A stretch of 20,067 nt of DNA from assembly GCA_031367385.1 (NCBI GenBank), contig JANLPS010000361.1, forward strand, positions 1-20,067, given 5' to 3'. Both the position numbers and the translations under genes were made by a program. Source of the DNA: Archangium sp. Its GTDB lineage: Bacteria; Myxococcota; Myxococcia; Myxococcales; Myxococcaceae. Below are positions 8,849 to 19,656 of the stretch, piece by piece; the stretch's first letter is position 1, and the number at the start of each line of letters is the position of its first letter. The notes under the pieces are model-generated. The model was not told the DNA's origin. It ran no database searches and worked only from the letters and a program-made list of their open reading frames with translations.

Positions 8849-9481
8849 ATGACTCGACTCACCCTCTTCATCGGGCTGCTCGCGCTGGGCTGCGGGGTCG
8901 ACACCCACGGCTATTCGGCGCCCCTGTGCGACCACGGGGTGTTCGCGGTGCGCGGCCTCAAGCCAGTGGCGACCCCCGACGTGATTCAGCTGCGGCAGGT
9001 GCTGGCCTCCACCCCCAACGAGCGAATGAAGCCGGCGGTGATCTCGAGTGACGGAGTCGCCTGCGCCACGGCGAGCCTCCCCTCGGCATGCGCGAAGGCC
9101 CTCGATGAGCTCAACCCCAGCTCGGGCTTCGCGAGGTATTGCGTCGACCTGTGCGGCGACTGGCATTTGGCGACCACGCTCGGCGATGACGTGCGGGCGT
9201 GGTCGAGCGCCGAAGCGCTGCTGGCGTTTTTAGGGGCCATCGACACCACCCAAGAAGCCGCGCTCGTCGCCATCGCGCAGGGGTACCAGCTCTCGTGCGA
9301 CGACCTGACCAGCGGGGGCGTGAAGGCCGCTCAGAATGGGTTCGCGTTGATCGCGACCAAGGGCAACACCTGCTCGACCGCTGGCATCATTCGGTATTTT
9401 CTCTTCGTCGGCCCCGATGGCAGCGTCTCAGAGCTTCGGCACGAGCAAGCAAAACCAGGAGGCGAACACTGCTTGTACTAA
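8849..9481 (+). CDS. Cys-rich putative lipoprotein, 210 aa
   Basis: Signal peptide II MTRLTLFIGLLALG|C, eight further Cys, and the motif FLGAIDTTQEAAL. The longer 8570 start in the ORF track runs through regulatory DNA and is not credible. Confidence 0.8.
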   Translation: MTRLTLFIGLLALGCGVDTHGYSAPLCDHGVFAVRGLKPVATPDVIQLRQVLASTPNERMKPAVISSDGVACATASLPSACAKALDELNPSSGFARYCVDLCGDWHLATTLGDDVRAWSSAEALLAFLGAIDTTQEAALVAIAQGYQLSCDDLTSGGVKAAQNGFALIATKGNTCSTAGIIRYFLFVGPDGSVSELRHEQAKPGGEHCLY

Positions 9482-9491
9482 CCTCTTCGGC

Positions 9492-10589
9492 ATGTTTCGT
9501 CTGCGAACAGCGTGTGCGCTCTGTTACCGGTTCTTCGACGTCGCTGACGAGATCAGCTTGGAGAAGTGCCGAAGCCTGTTGACCGCCACCCGCCCGCTCG
9601 CGCTGACCCGCGAAGGCAGTGAGTTCATTCAGCTCTCCAACCCGCCGCTGGCCGTCGACCTGGGGCCGCGCACGTTGTCGCTCAAGAGCGGCACGGTGCA
9701 AGTCGACCTCGGCGCGCGCATCTTCGATCACGGCGCGATCGCCATCATGGTGCAGGTGCCCATCGCGCCTGGCACGACCATCGAAGCGTTGGTGCCCTTT
9801 GCCGATGAATTGTACGACGCGCCGGGGCTGCAGAGCCTGGCCGAGGCAGAGCTGAGTAAGCTGCAATCACAGCTGAGCGGCGCGATGGTGATGCCGCACC
9901 TGTGGGCGAAGCATGAAGAGTACACCGTGCTCTTCGCCCGCGAGATCGACGGCAGCCCCAGCGCCGCCCAGCTGCTCGAAGACCCCGACCTCGCCCGCCT
10001 GCTGCTCGGAGAGGTCAAGGAGCCCCGCCTCTCGGGCCAAGAGGTCAAAGAAGTGCTCGAGAACCACTTCAGCTACACCGACCGAGACCTCGCCGTCGTG
10101 GAGTGGAACGCGATGTTTCTCTACGAGCCCAGCGGCAGTGACGACATCGTCGACCTGCTGGAGATCGCCAACGCCCAGCTGCTCGAGCTCCGCTACTACG
10201 ACGACGTGCTCGATAAAGAGCTCGGCCGCGTCTACGACACCATCGACCGCAAGAAGCGCTCGTCGCTGCTCTTCAGCCCCTACAAGCAGCTCTTGCGAGA
10301 TCTGATGCTCAACTTGATCGAGCTCTCCGAGTTCATCGAACGCGTCGAGAACTCGCTCAAAATCGTCGGCGACGTCTACCTTGCGCGCGTCTACGAGGCG
10401 TCGGTCGCCCAGCTGCGAATCAAGGAGTGGAGCGATCAGGTCGCCCGCAAGCACCGATTGCTCCAGCAGACCTACGGGCTGTTGCGCGGAGAGGTCGACA
10501 CCGATCGCGCCCTCACGCTGGAGATCATGGTCGTCGTGCTCATCGTGCTCGAGCTCGTCGTGGGCATCACGCAAGTCGCCGGCCACTAA
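9492..10589 (+). CDS. Conserved hypothetical membrane-anchored protein, RMD1/DUF155-like, 365 aa
   Basis: Strong GC3 codon bias. Motifs FDVADEISL, LLEIANAQLLELRYYD, VGDVYLARVYE, and a single C-terminal TM LEIMVVVLIVLELVVGI resembling the RMD1-family LE.II..LI..E end. Starts 10 nt after the lipoprotein stop. Confidence 0.75.
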   Translation: MFRLRTACALCYRFFDVADEISLEKCRSLLTATRPLALTREGSEFIQLSNPPLAVDLGPRTLSLKSGTVQVDLGARIFDHGAIAIMVQVPIAPGTTIEALVPFADELYDAPGLQSLAEAELSKLQSQLSGAMVMPHLWAKHEEYTVLFAREIDGSPSAAQLLEDPDLARLLLGEVKEPRLSGQEVKEVLENHFSYTDRDLAVVEWNAMFLYEPSGSDDIVDLLEIANAQLLELRYYDDVLDKELGRVYDTIDRKKRSSLLFSPYKQLLRDLMLNLIELSEFIERVENSLKIVGDVYLARVYEASVAQLRIKEWSDQVARKHRLLQQTYGLLRGEVDTDRALTLEIMVVVLIVLELVVGITQVAGH

Positions 10590-10664
10590 AAGGCCACGCA
10601 CATGTACGACAGCCTCCGACAGGGCGCTGACCACGTCATTCACCCTCGCACCGGCTGGGCGCAC

Positions 10665-10670
10665 TAGACT
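10665..10670 (+). promoter_or_regulatory. Candidate sigma70-type -10 element (TAGACT) for a short-leader cyclase transcript
   Basis: TAnnnT hexamer 9 nt before the GTG start; no Shine-Dalgarno sequence visible. Confidence 0.35.
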
Positions 10671-10679
10671 TCGAAGTCC

Positions 10680-12164
10680 GTGCCCGACCCGTCACAACGC
10701 TTCGGAGACCTGCTGATCGAGCTGAACCTCGTGACGCAGGCCCAGGTCGCCGAGGGCCTCGCGCTCCACGCCGACACCGGGCAGCTTTTGGGCGAGGTGC
10801 TGGTCTCGCTCGGCTACCTGACCCGCTCGCAGCTGCAGCGCTCGCTCGCCACCGCCATCACCCGAGGAGGCACCGTGCTGCTCGACCGGCCACCCATCGG
10901 TGAAATTTTGATCGGGCTCCAGTTCATCTCGGAGAGCCAGCTGAACCAGGCCCTGACCCAGCAGCGCCAAGACCCGCGGCGGCTGGGTGAGATTCTCATC
11001 TCGCAAGGCGTGACCACCGACCAACGGCTCTTCGAGGCGCTCGGGGTGCAGTCGCGCATGGCCCAGCGAGAGAAGCCGGCGCCCAAGCGAGCCCCCACCG
11101 GGGAGGTGCCGCTGGTCAATGGCCGGCGCGTGGTGGTGGTCGACGATTCGCAGCTGGCGTGCAACCTGGTTCGCGAGGGGCTCACCGAGCACGGCTTCGA
11201 TGTGATTGCCTTCACCGACCCGTTGCTGGCGCTCGAACGCGTCGACGCGCTCAAACCTGACCTGGTGCTCACCGACCTCGAGATGCCCGGCATCGATGGC
11301 ACCGAGCTGTGCCGCAGGCTCAAGGCCGCGGTCTCTCGCCAGGTGCCGGTGATCATTCTCACCGCCAATGACGCCGACGCCGCGCGGGTCGGGTTGCTGC
11401 GTGAGGGCGCTGACGACTACGTCAACAAGAGCGCGTCGATGGCCGAGCTGGCCGCCCGCATCGACTCGGTGCTGCGGCGCAGTCAGCAGACCGAACGCAT
11501 GCGCCGGCTCTTCGCCCGCTACACCTCAGACGCGGTGGTGGCCGAGGTGCTGCGCAGCGGCGACGTGGTCTTGAGCGGCGAGAAGCGCATCGTCACCGTG
11601 CTCTTCGCCGACCTGCGCAACTTCACCGCGCTGGCTGAATCACTGCAGCCAGAAGAAGTGATGCGCCTGCTCAACGAAGTGCTCGGCGGCCTGGCCGACG
11701 TGGTGCTCGAGTGGGGCGGCACGTTGGACAAGTTTCTGGGCGATGGGCTGATGGCGGTGTGGGGCGCTCCGGGCCGGCATGAGAACGATGGCGAGGCCGC
11801 CGTCTCGGCCGCGCTGCAGATGCAAACCGTCATCGCTGCTCACAACCAGGGCCGCGGTGCGAGGCCCAAGCTCGAGCTCGGCATCGGGCTCAATTCAGGC
11901 CCGGTCATCGCCGGCAGCATCGGCAGCCAGCGCCGCACCGAGTACACCTGCATCGGCGACACCGTGAACGTGGCCTCCCGCCTGTGTGCCCTGGCGGCCG
12001 CGGGTGAAATTCTGCTCGGCGAGCAGACCGCCCAGGCCCTGCGCCCCCTCGCGCCGTTGGAGATGCTGGCGCCGGTTCGGGTGAAGGGCAAGACCCAGCC
12101 GGTGCCGCTCGCCCGGGTCACGCCCCAGCTGATCGAAGCGCTCGGGCAACGCCGGCGTTTTTGA
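10680..12164 (+). CDS. Class III adenylate/guanylate cyclase with N-terminal MshEN-like repeats and a receiver domain, 494 aa (GTG start)
   Basis: Four [R/L/P][F/L/I]G[D/E].L repeats. [33 protein letters not shown]. Cyclase: [46 protein letters not shown]. Confidence 0.93.
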   Translation: MPDPSQRFGDLLIELNLVTQAQVAEGLALHADTGQLLGEVLVSLGYLTRSQLQRSLATAITRGGTVLLDRPPIGEILIGLQFISESQLNQALTQQRQDPRRLGEILISQGVTTDQRLFEALGVQSRMAQREKPAPKRAPTGEVPLVNGRRVVVVDDSQLACNLVREGLTEHGFDVIAFTDPLLALERVDALKPDLVLTDLEMPGIDGTELCRRLKAAVSRQVPVIILTANDADAARVGLLREGADDYVNKSASMAELAARIDSVLRRSQQTERMRRLFARYTSDAVVAEVLRSGDVVLSGEKRIVTVLFADLRNFTALAESLQPEEVMRLLNEVLGGLADVVLEWGGTLDKFLGDGLMAVWGAPGRHENDGEAAVSAALQMQTVIAAHNQGRGARPKLELGIGLNSGPVIAGSIGSQRRTEYTCIGDTVNVASRLCALAAAGEILLGEQTAQALRPLAPLEMLAPVRVKGKTQPVPLARVTPQLIEALGQRRRF

Positions 12165-12220
12165 CGGTTGAATCGCCGCGCCGAACCAGACAAAAGCCAA
12201 AAGCAAAGGGAGCACTTCAC

Positions 12221-12793
12221 ATGTCGCATGACGCTTTTGACGATCGCCGCAAAGCCCTCGAAGAGCAGTTTTTCAAGAAGCAGAACGAGAACCTGCTCAA
12301 GAAGTTGCACGACGACGTGGTTCGCGAGAGCTCCCGCGAAGCCGTCTCGCGGTTGACCGGCATCAACAACCAAGATGTGCTCAGCGCCCTGGCCGACATG
12401 AAGCTGGGCGGCGCCGCCACCCTGGTGATGTCGATGTACCCGCTGGTCGAAATCGCCTGGGCCGATGGCGTGCTCGACGCCGATGAGCGCAAGGTGGTGC
12501 TCGAGCAGGCCGCCAGCGTCGGCATCAAGCCCGGCACCGAGGCCGCGGTGTTTTTAGAGAGCTGGCTGCACGAGAAGCCCGAGCACGGCTGGCACCAGCT
12601 GTGGGCCGATTACATGCGCGAGCTGCTCAAGAAAATGAAGCTCGAAGACCGTGAAATGCTCAAGAACGAAGTGCTCGGCCGCGCCCGCCTGGTGGCCGAG
12701 GCCTCGGGTGGGGTGATGGGCCTCGGGTTCAACGTTTCTGCGACCGAAAAAATGATGCTCGAGAAGCTCGAAAAAGCCTTTCAAACCCCCTGA
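12221..12793 (+). CDS. Hypothetical protein with TerB-like helical domain and IF1/zeta-like N-terminal helix, 190 aa
   Basis: RBS AAGGGAG 8 nt before the ATG. Begins MSHDAFDDRRKALEEQFF. TerB-like motifs IAWADGVLDADERKVV and VAEASGG...VSATEKMMLEKL. Confidence 0.8.
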   Translation: MSHDAFDDRRKALEEQFFKKQNENLLKKLHDDVVRESSREAVSRLTGINNQDVLSALADMKLGGAATLVMSMYPLVEIAWADGVLDADERKVVLEQAASVGIKPGTEAAVFLESWLHEKPEHGWHQLWADYMRELLKKMKLEDREMLKNEVLGRARLVAEASGGVMGLGFNVSATEKMMLEKLEKAFQTP

Positions 12794-12897
12794 AATAGCT
12801 CGCGATTTCGCTCGAAATGGCTCGTTGCAACAGGCCGGTGGCAAGGGTACGAGTCGGCCTGGTTTAAGCCGCTTCGAACCGCGAGGTCGTACACCGT

Positions 12898-15627
<2,730 letters not shown>

Positions 15628-15639
15628 AGCGGCCGCTGA

Positions 15640-15679
15640 TGAATGCATGCATTCAGAAATCTGAATGCAATGCATTTAG
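15640..15679. repeat. Nested palindrome array of four alternating TGAATGCA half-sites
   Basis: TGAATGCATGCATTCA (15640-15655) is a perfect 16-bp palindrome. TGCATTCAGA-AA-TCTGAATGCA (15648-15669) is a perfect 10-bp inverted repeat. CTGAATGCA-A-TGCATTTAG (15661-15679) has one mismatch. Confidence 0.85.
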
Positions 15680-15807
15680 CAGAATAACCAAGAAGTTCGG
15701 TGCTTTGGGCCACACCCAAGCCCGTGGCGCCGAAAACTTGAGCGAATTGGCCGGCGAGCGACACTCCTGCAGCAGGCTGTTGCACGCCTCTGCCGAAAGG
15801 TCGCCAC

Positions 15808-16395
15808 ATGAGCTGGGACGTCGTGATGTTTGGGTCACTGTCGGTGCCGGAGTCGAACCTCGAGACGTGGCTCACCACGAGCGTCTCGGCTGACGAATTT
15901 CCCTGGCTTGAAGACCTGCCCGGCAGCGACGTGTGCGCCGACACGCCCGAAGCGCTGCTCTCGTTTTTGAACGACGTGCCGACCGCACCGCATGAATTGT
16001 TCTCGGTGGTGCGAGACGCGGCCCACCTCGACGTCACCTGCTTCGTCGCTGACGACCCGTATCGCGACACCTGCCAGGCCCTCGCGACCCTCTTCGCCAG
16101 CGCCTCGGCCTTCGGCGGCTCGGGCATGCTCACCTTCTTCGGCTACCAGGGCATTCGCTTCGGAGAACGCCTGGTGGTCTCGTCGTCAGGCGTCACGCTG
16201 ACGCAGCTCAACACCCGAGAGCTCGAGGCCGTCGAAGCCAGCCCCGCGTTTCGGGCGGTCAACGCGCGCATTCATGAGCGCTTCGATGCCTTGGTCGGCC
16301 GGCCGCAGGTCGCGCCCGGCACGCGGGGCTTGAGCTGGGGCATTCACCCCTTCACCGGCCGCCGGGTTCGCATGATGACCACCGCGGCGCGCTAG
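15808..16395 (+). CDS. Hypothetical protein, 195 aa
   Basis: GAAAGG upstream of the ATG and typical GC3 bias. Acidic N-half; C-terminal IHPFTGRRVRM. Its TAG stop overlaps the convergent gene's stop in CTAG. No family recognised. Confidence 0.75.
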   Translation: MSWDVVMFGSLSVPESNLETWLTTSVSADEFPWLEDLPGSDVCADTPEALLSFLNDVPTAPHELFSVVRDAAHLDVTCFVADDPYRDTCQALATLFASASAFGGSGMLTFFGYQGIRFGERLVVSSSGVTLTQLNTRELEAVEASPAFRAVNARIHERFDALVGRPQVAPGTRGLSWGIHPFTGRRVRMMTTAAR

Positions 16396-17414
16396 AACAG
16401 AAACGAGACGCCCGCCGAGACCACCTGCCGCAGGTAGAGCAGGTTGCTCTGCGGCAACAGGTTCACGTAGAGCGCGTAGCGAAGGTCGACCTCGAAGTGC
16501 TTGCTCAGCGGCTTGACCAGCTTGAGCGTCACCGAGCTCGAGTTCTCATCGTCGTCGAGCAGCAAGATGTCAGTCGAGAGGTAGATGTCGTCTGGGTAGA
16601 GCGTCAGCTGCAGGGCCGTGGTCGCCAGCAACGTCAAATCGAAGGGCAGCTTGGTCGCGTAGGTCGCGCTCAGGCGATGACGCCGCAGCGACTCGCCGTG
16701 GCTGTTCGAGGTCTGGTCGTAATACGAGTAGCCCAGCGTGAGGTGAAACGGCCCTCGGTAGGTGTAGCTCGCGCCGACCTGAAACACGCTGTCGCGGCGG
16801 GTGACTTGCGGAGGCGGGTCAGGCTCGTCGAGCTCGTGGGTCAGCGCGTTGTAGGTGCGGAGGTTCACGCTGCCGAAGAACGACACGCTGTGCCGGCGGT
16901 CGAAGCGATAGCGGCCGAGCAGGGTGCCGTCGGGGCCCGAAAAGCTGTACTGAAAGTTCGGCCAATAGATGAAGCGGTGCGCGCCCAGCCGGAGCCGAAC
17001 ATCGACCGACTGGTCGGGCCGAAAGTCGATGACCCCTTCACCCACCAGGTCTGAGTAGTCGCGGTCAGCCCCGCGGCGATCTCTCGCGTGCCCCGAGAGG
17101 CCCACCGAGAACGCTTTGCCCAACCTGAGCGTGCCGTCGAGGCGGGCGTTTTGAATCAGGGTGTCGGCCTCGGGTCGGGTGATGAATTTTCTGAACGCGA
17201 GGTCGTAGCTGCCGACCAACGACACGCGCTCCCAGTCGGCCGAGCCGTTGAGCTCACCCAGGCCGAACAGCAAAGCGTCGGGGTCGCCCGCGATGAACCC
17301 TCTGTTCGGGTTGGTATCGAGCCCGGGGCCCAGCCACACCCGGCCGTTGCCATTCAGCTCGACGGCATGCGCGAGCGAAGCCAGCAATACCAGGGCGAGG
17401 GCGGTCAGGCGCAC
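16392..17414 (-). CDS. Outer-membrane beta-barrel protein, 340 aa (GTG start)
   Basis: Signal peptide (M)RLTALALVLLASLAHA|V, many amphipathic strands (FQVGASYTY, LTLGYSYY, FEVDLRYALY), and terminal Phe in SAGVSFLF (BAM beta-signal). TAGGTT -10-like hexamer 10 nt upstream of the GTG. Confidence 0.82.
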   Translation of the reverse strand: MRLTALALVLLASLAHAVELNGNGRVWLGPGLDTNPNRGFIAGDPDALLFGLGELNGSADWERVSLVGSYDLAFRKFITRPEADTLIQNARLDGTLRLGKAFSVGLSGHARDRRGADRDYSDLVGEGVIDFRPDQSVDVRLRLGAHRFIYWPNFQYSFSGPDGTLLGRYRFDRRHSVSFFGSVNLRTYNALTHELDEPDPPPQVTRRDSVFQVGASYTYRGPFHLTLGYSYYDQTSNSHGESLRRHRLSATYATKLPFDLTLLATTALQLTLYPDDIYLSTDILLLDDDENSSSVTLKLVKPLSKHFEVDLRYALYVNLLPQSNLLYLRQVVSAGVSFLF

Positions 17415-17474
17415 AGAGGCGCCGAACCTAGCCTGAAGTTTTGCGTTGCGGGCCCACCCAGCTACAAACAGCGC

Positions 17475-17996
17475 ATGCTCCGCCTCTTGCCTCTCACGCT
17501 GGCGCTCTGTGCCTGCGGCCCCTTGGGCTTCACGACCGAGGTCAAGGGCGAAGGCACCGTGCCCGGGTCGGGCGTTCTGGGCGGCGTGCTGACGATGTTT
17601 CCCCAGCTCAATTCGCTGAGCAACATCGACTTCAACCAGAACCAAGACTTCAAGAACAACAACGCACAGCGCTCCCAGGTCACCTCGGTGTTGCTGCAGA
17701 AGCTGACCCTGCGCATCGCCTCACCCACCACGCAGGACTTTTCGTTTCTCGACTCGGTGCAGTTCGTCGCGCGCACGGGCGAGAACGAGGTGGTGTTCGC
17801 TCAGAAGACCAACGTGGCGTCGGCCAAGTTGACCGCGCCGACGCCGACCCTGGTGCTCGACACGCTCAACGTCGACTTGGCCGAGTACGTACGCGCCTCG
17901 ACCATGAGCATCGTGATGCGGGGCACCGGCCGCCAGCCTCCGCAAGACACGAAGATCGAAGTCGACGCGGTGTTCAACGTGTTCTTCAAGCTGTGA
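17475..17996 (+). CDS. Putative lipoprotein, beta-rich, 173 aa
   Basis: Signal peptide II MLRLLPLTLALCA|C and good codon bias. Divergent from the beta-barrel gene with a 60-bp spacer. Confidence 0.8.
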   Translation: MLRLLPLTLALCACGPLGFTTEVKGEGTVPGSGVLGGVLTMFPQLNSLSNIDFNQNQDFKNNNAQRSQVTSVLLQKLTLRIASPTTQDFSFLDSVQFVARTGENEVVFAQKTNVASAKLTAPTPTLVLDTLNVDLAEYVRASTMSIVMRGTGRQPPQDTKIEVDAVFNVFFKL

Positions 17997-18001
17997 GCGC
18001 T

Positions 18002-18355
18002 TTAGTTGCCGATGATGACTTGCTTCACGCCGCGCTTGGTCAGCCACTTCGCTGCCCGCTCTCGCTGATCTCCCTGCAGAACCAGCGCGGTGCCTTCGAT
18101 CACACCACCGCAGCCCAAGGCTGACTTCATCGCGGTGAGCCACTCGTCACGAAGGTCGATGGTGAGGTCGAGCTGATCGACGATGGTGACCTCTTTGCCT
18201 CGTCGCCCCGCGCGCTCGAGTCGTACCACGGCCTTGGCGGGGGCCTTCTTCTTCGCGGCCTCGGCCTTGCTGGGCCCCGGCACGTTGGGGAGCTCACCGC
18301 GCAAGGTGCCGAGCGCTCCGAAGGGGTTGTTGAATGGCTTCTTCTCGTCGCTCAT
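18002..18355 (-). CDS. yciH: Translation initiation factor SUI1/eIF1-like (YciH family)
   Basis: VRLERAGRRGKEVTIV, KSALGCGG, LVLQGDQR and N-terminal FNNPFGAL. ATGA overlap with the upstream gene. Confidence 0.9.
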   Translation of the reverse strand: MSDEKKPFNNPFGALGTLRGELPNVPGPSKAEAAKKKAPAKAVVRLERAGRRGKEVTIVDQLDLTIDLRDEWLTAMKSALGCGGVIEGTALVLQGDQRERAAKWLTKRGVKQVIIGN

Positions 18356-19656
18356 GGCGTGGGCGGCGCAGGGAGCGACAGAAAGAATGGCGAGCTCGCG
18401 TCACCCCGGCTGATCGCCAACGCCAACAAGAACGCGCCCGACGGGGGCGCCGACTTGCCATTCACCACCACCAACGGCGTACCCGTGATGTTGAACTTCA
18501 TCGCGTAGGCAATGTCGGCGTCGAGCTTCTGCTGCGTCTGCGCCTCGGCGATGCAGCGCTGCAGCGCTTCGCGGGTGAGCCCCGATTGCGTGGTGGCCGT
18601 CTCGAGAATGAGCTCTTTGGTCAGGTTCGCCTGTTGCTCGAACAGCGCGTGCTTCACCGGCCACAGCGCGGGAGTGCCCTCGAGACAGATCTGCGCCTTC
18701 GCGGCCAGGCAGCGAATGCCGTCTCCCCAGACCTTGCCCACACCCGGGTTGCACTCCCCGTCGAGGGGAAAGTAGCGGGCCTCGACCGAGAGGCGGCCTT
18801 GCGGCAGCACGCGGCGAAGCTCCTCGAGGGTGAGCTCGAGCTGCCGGCAGTGGCTGCACAAGATGTCGGTGAACTCGACCACCTTGACCGGCGCGTCGGG
18901 AGACCCCAGCAGCGCGCGCGGGGTGGTATTCTCGAGCTGCGGCTGAGGCGCCGCGAGCCACTGTTGCCGGGCATAGGCGGTCATCAGCTTCTCTTGCTGT
19001 GGCATGCCCTCGAGGTAGCCGGTCAGGGCCGTGTCGCTGGCGTCGCTCGTGGCCTCGATGCCCACCTGCGGGTTTTTCGGCGTTCGCTGGCCTGGCCACA
19101 ACAGCACCAAGAAGATCGGCGCCGCCACCATCACGGCCCAGGCCGCGCTCGTGGCCAGGGTCTGCGTGGGCAACGCGGGCTTGGGCAACAGCACGAAGGC
19201 GGCAAACGCGTAGATCGCGACCAGGGTGTAGGTGCCGAGGCAGGTCAAGCAGAGCGCGCGGGCGGCGAAGGAGGCGCTTGCGAAGGTGATGATGGCAGCG
19301 ACTCCGACGAGGGCCGTCAGCTTGACTGCACCCTGCGGGGCGTCGAACGGTTTGCCCGAGGTGGCTCGCTGCGCCAACAGGCCGGTGAGCACGACGGCGG
19401 TGAGCGCCCAGACCAGCCCAAGCCCCGCGACCGGCATGCCGAGCCAATCATGCAGCTTCGAGGCGAAGGGTGAGCTCCACACCGCTGCGCAGTTGACCGT
19501 CTCGTTGATCGAGCAAGCCGCGGTGCCTCCGTTGCGAATGCTGAACAGCTCACGCCACTGGTAGACGGCCAGCCCTGCGTTTGCCGCGGCAGAGAGCATC
19601 AGCGTCAGCAGCGCTGGGGCCGAAGGTGGGCGGGGCGGGGTCGATGGCGTCTCCAC
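18352..19656 (-). CDS. Vitamin K epoxide reductase (VKOR) - DsbA/thioredoxin fusion (disulfide bond formation), about 434 aa
   Basis: VKOR loop CSINETVNCAAVWSSPFA, GMPVAGLG and active-site CLTC. C-terminal DsbA-like VVEFTDILCSHC, FPLDGECN and cis-Pro ITGTP. The GTG at 19656 has AAGGGG 6 nt upstream and avoids overlap with the divergent gene; the start is uncertain. Confidence 0.9.
   Translation of the reverse strand: METPSTPPRPPSAPALLTLMLSAAANAGLAVYQWRELFSIRNGGTAACSINETVNCAAVWSSPFASKLHDWLGMPVAGLGLVWALTAVVLTGLLAQRATSGKPFDAPQGAVKLTALVGVAAIITFASASFAARALCLTCLGTYTLVAIYAFAAFVLLPKPALPTQTLATSAAWAVMVAAPIFLVLLWPGQRTPKNPQVGIEATSDASDTALTGYLEGMPQQEKLMTAYARQQWLAAPQPQLENTTPRALLGSPDAPVKVVEFTDILCSHCRQLELTLEELRRVLPQGRLSVEARYFPLDGECNPGVGKVWGDGIRCLAAKAQICLEGTPALWPVKHALFEQQANLTKELILETATTQSGLTREALQRCIAEAQTQQKLDADIAYAMKFNITGTPLVVVNGKSAPPSGAFLLALAISRGDASSPFFLSLPAPPTP

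Noticed and set aside
12165..12212. CAAAAGC direct repeat and TTGAAT as a heat-shock-type promoter
   Set aside because: No convincing CCCCAT-like -10 element, and the repeat has only two 7-bp copies.
12794..12897. Short inverted repeats (ATTTCG-CT-CGAAAT; CAGGCCG...CGGCCTG) upstream of gyrA as a terminator or structured RNA
   Set aside because: The stems are short, have no U-tract, and are at the level expected by chance in GC-rich DNA.
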